NCBI RefSeq assembly: GCF_009914755.1
Contig: NC_060945.1
Strand: one strand, 5' to 3'
Length of the DNA: 64,000 nucleotides
DNA from: the human T2T-CHM13v2.0 reference genome, Homo sapiens
The position numbers were made by a program, and so were the translations under genes. Of this stretch, positions 63,455-64,000 are shown one piece after another (positions within the stretch are counted from its first letter, which is position 1; each line of letters begins with the position of its first letter). The notes beneath the pieces are model-generated. The model saw only the letters and a program-made list of their open reading frames with translations. It was not told where the DNA came from and ran no database searches.

Positions 63455-64000
63455 GTATTTGGTTATGAAGAAAATCTTTAATACAAAGTATTTTTAACCC
63501 AGTGTGGGAGGAGAAAGACAGAATAAATACAACAGTAGAATGATCACAGATGGGTAATTACACATGTAAATGAGCTCAATTTGGTAAATTTCCTTTGAGT
63601 TCCTATTTACCTGATTAACATTTTATGCTAGCCCCACAGCACCACTGCAGTTTGGGTTACTTTCTTTTTACTCTTATATGTCAATTCTGAAATATGAAAA
63701 GCAATTTTGAATACTTTGGTGGAACCATTTTTCTCAGCTTTTTTTTTTTCAGATTTTTCCATTTACCATCATAACTGGTCTACAAAGTATGAATTGCCTC
63801 CAGTGTACAAGGTCCCACAACATGTTGGATCTCTGGAAAACACAACCCTAGTATTCCAGGAACAGTTCCCACAAAACTAGAATACAAAATCTAAGTAATA
63901 AGGTCAGACCATGCTGAAGTCATTTAAGAATAATGAAGTGGGAGAAATGACATCTGACTGAGAAATCAGCAAGGGCTTCCTGGAGGAAGTGGCACTCAAG
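63455..64000 (-). terminator. Candidate 3' end (polyadenylation region) of a minus-strand transcript entering from the right
   Basis: Minus-strand TGTATTAAA (ATTAAA at 63477-82), CA about 17 nt downstream, G-rich tract beyond, and AT-rich UTR-like sequence upstream with several TGTA motifs. Confidence 0.4.

Overview
Human/hominoid genomic DNA that is repeat-rich and has no recognisable protein-coding host exon. It carries about 25 Alus, many MaLR/ERVL solo LTRs, MER/MADE1 DNA-transposon fossils, MIR/L2 and L1. The centre (~19.7-36.6 kb) is a same-strand nested L1 block. An ancient L1MB-like element hosts a full-length ~7.1-kb L1 that is a chimera: a decayed L1PA7-like 5' two-thirds joined in register (~27740-27750) to an almost pristine L1PA2-like 3' third, still inside the old target-site duplication (TSD). 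A second old-body/younger-tail switch appears at ~35630. Other notable items are: an unidentified processed retrocopy (2071-3143) whose middle holds a copy of its own downstream flank; a dense AP-1/DR3/DR4/RORE nuclear-receptor motif array (36842-36916); a fold-back microsatellite; a triple TSD from target-site reuse; candidate + strand lncRNA exons; and a probable minus-strand transcript 3' end near 63460. I found no new gene system. Subfamily names come from recalled consensus sequences, not from a database run, and I could not identify the locus.
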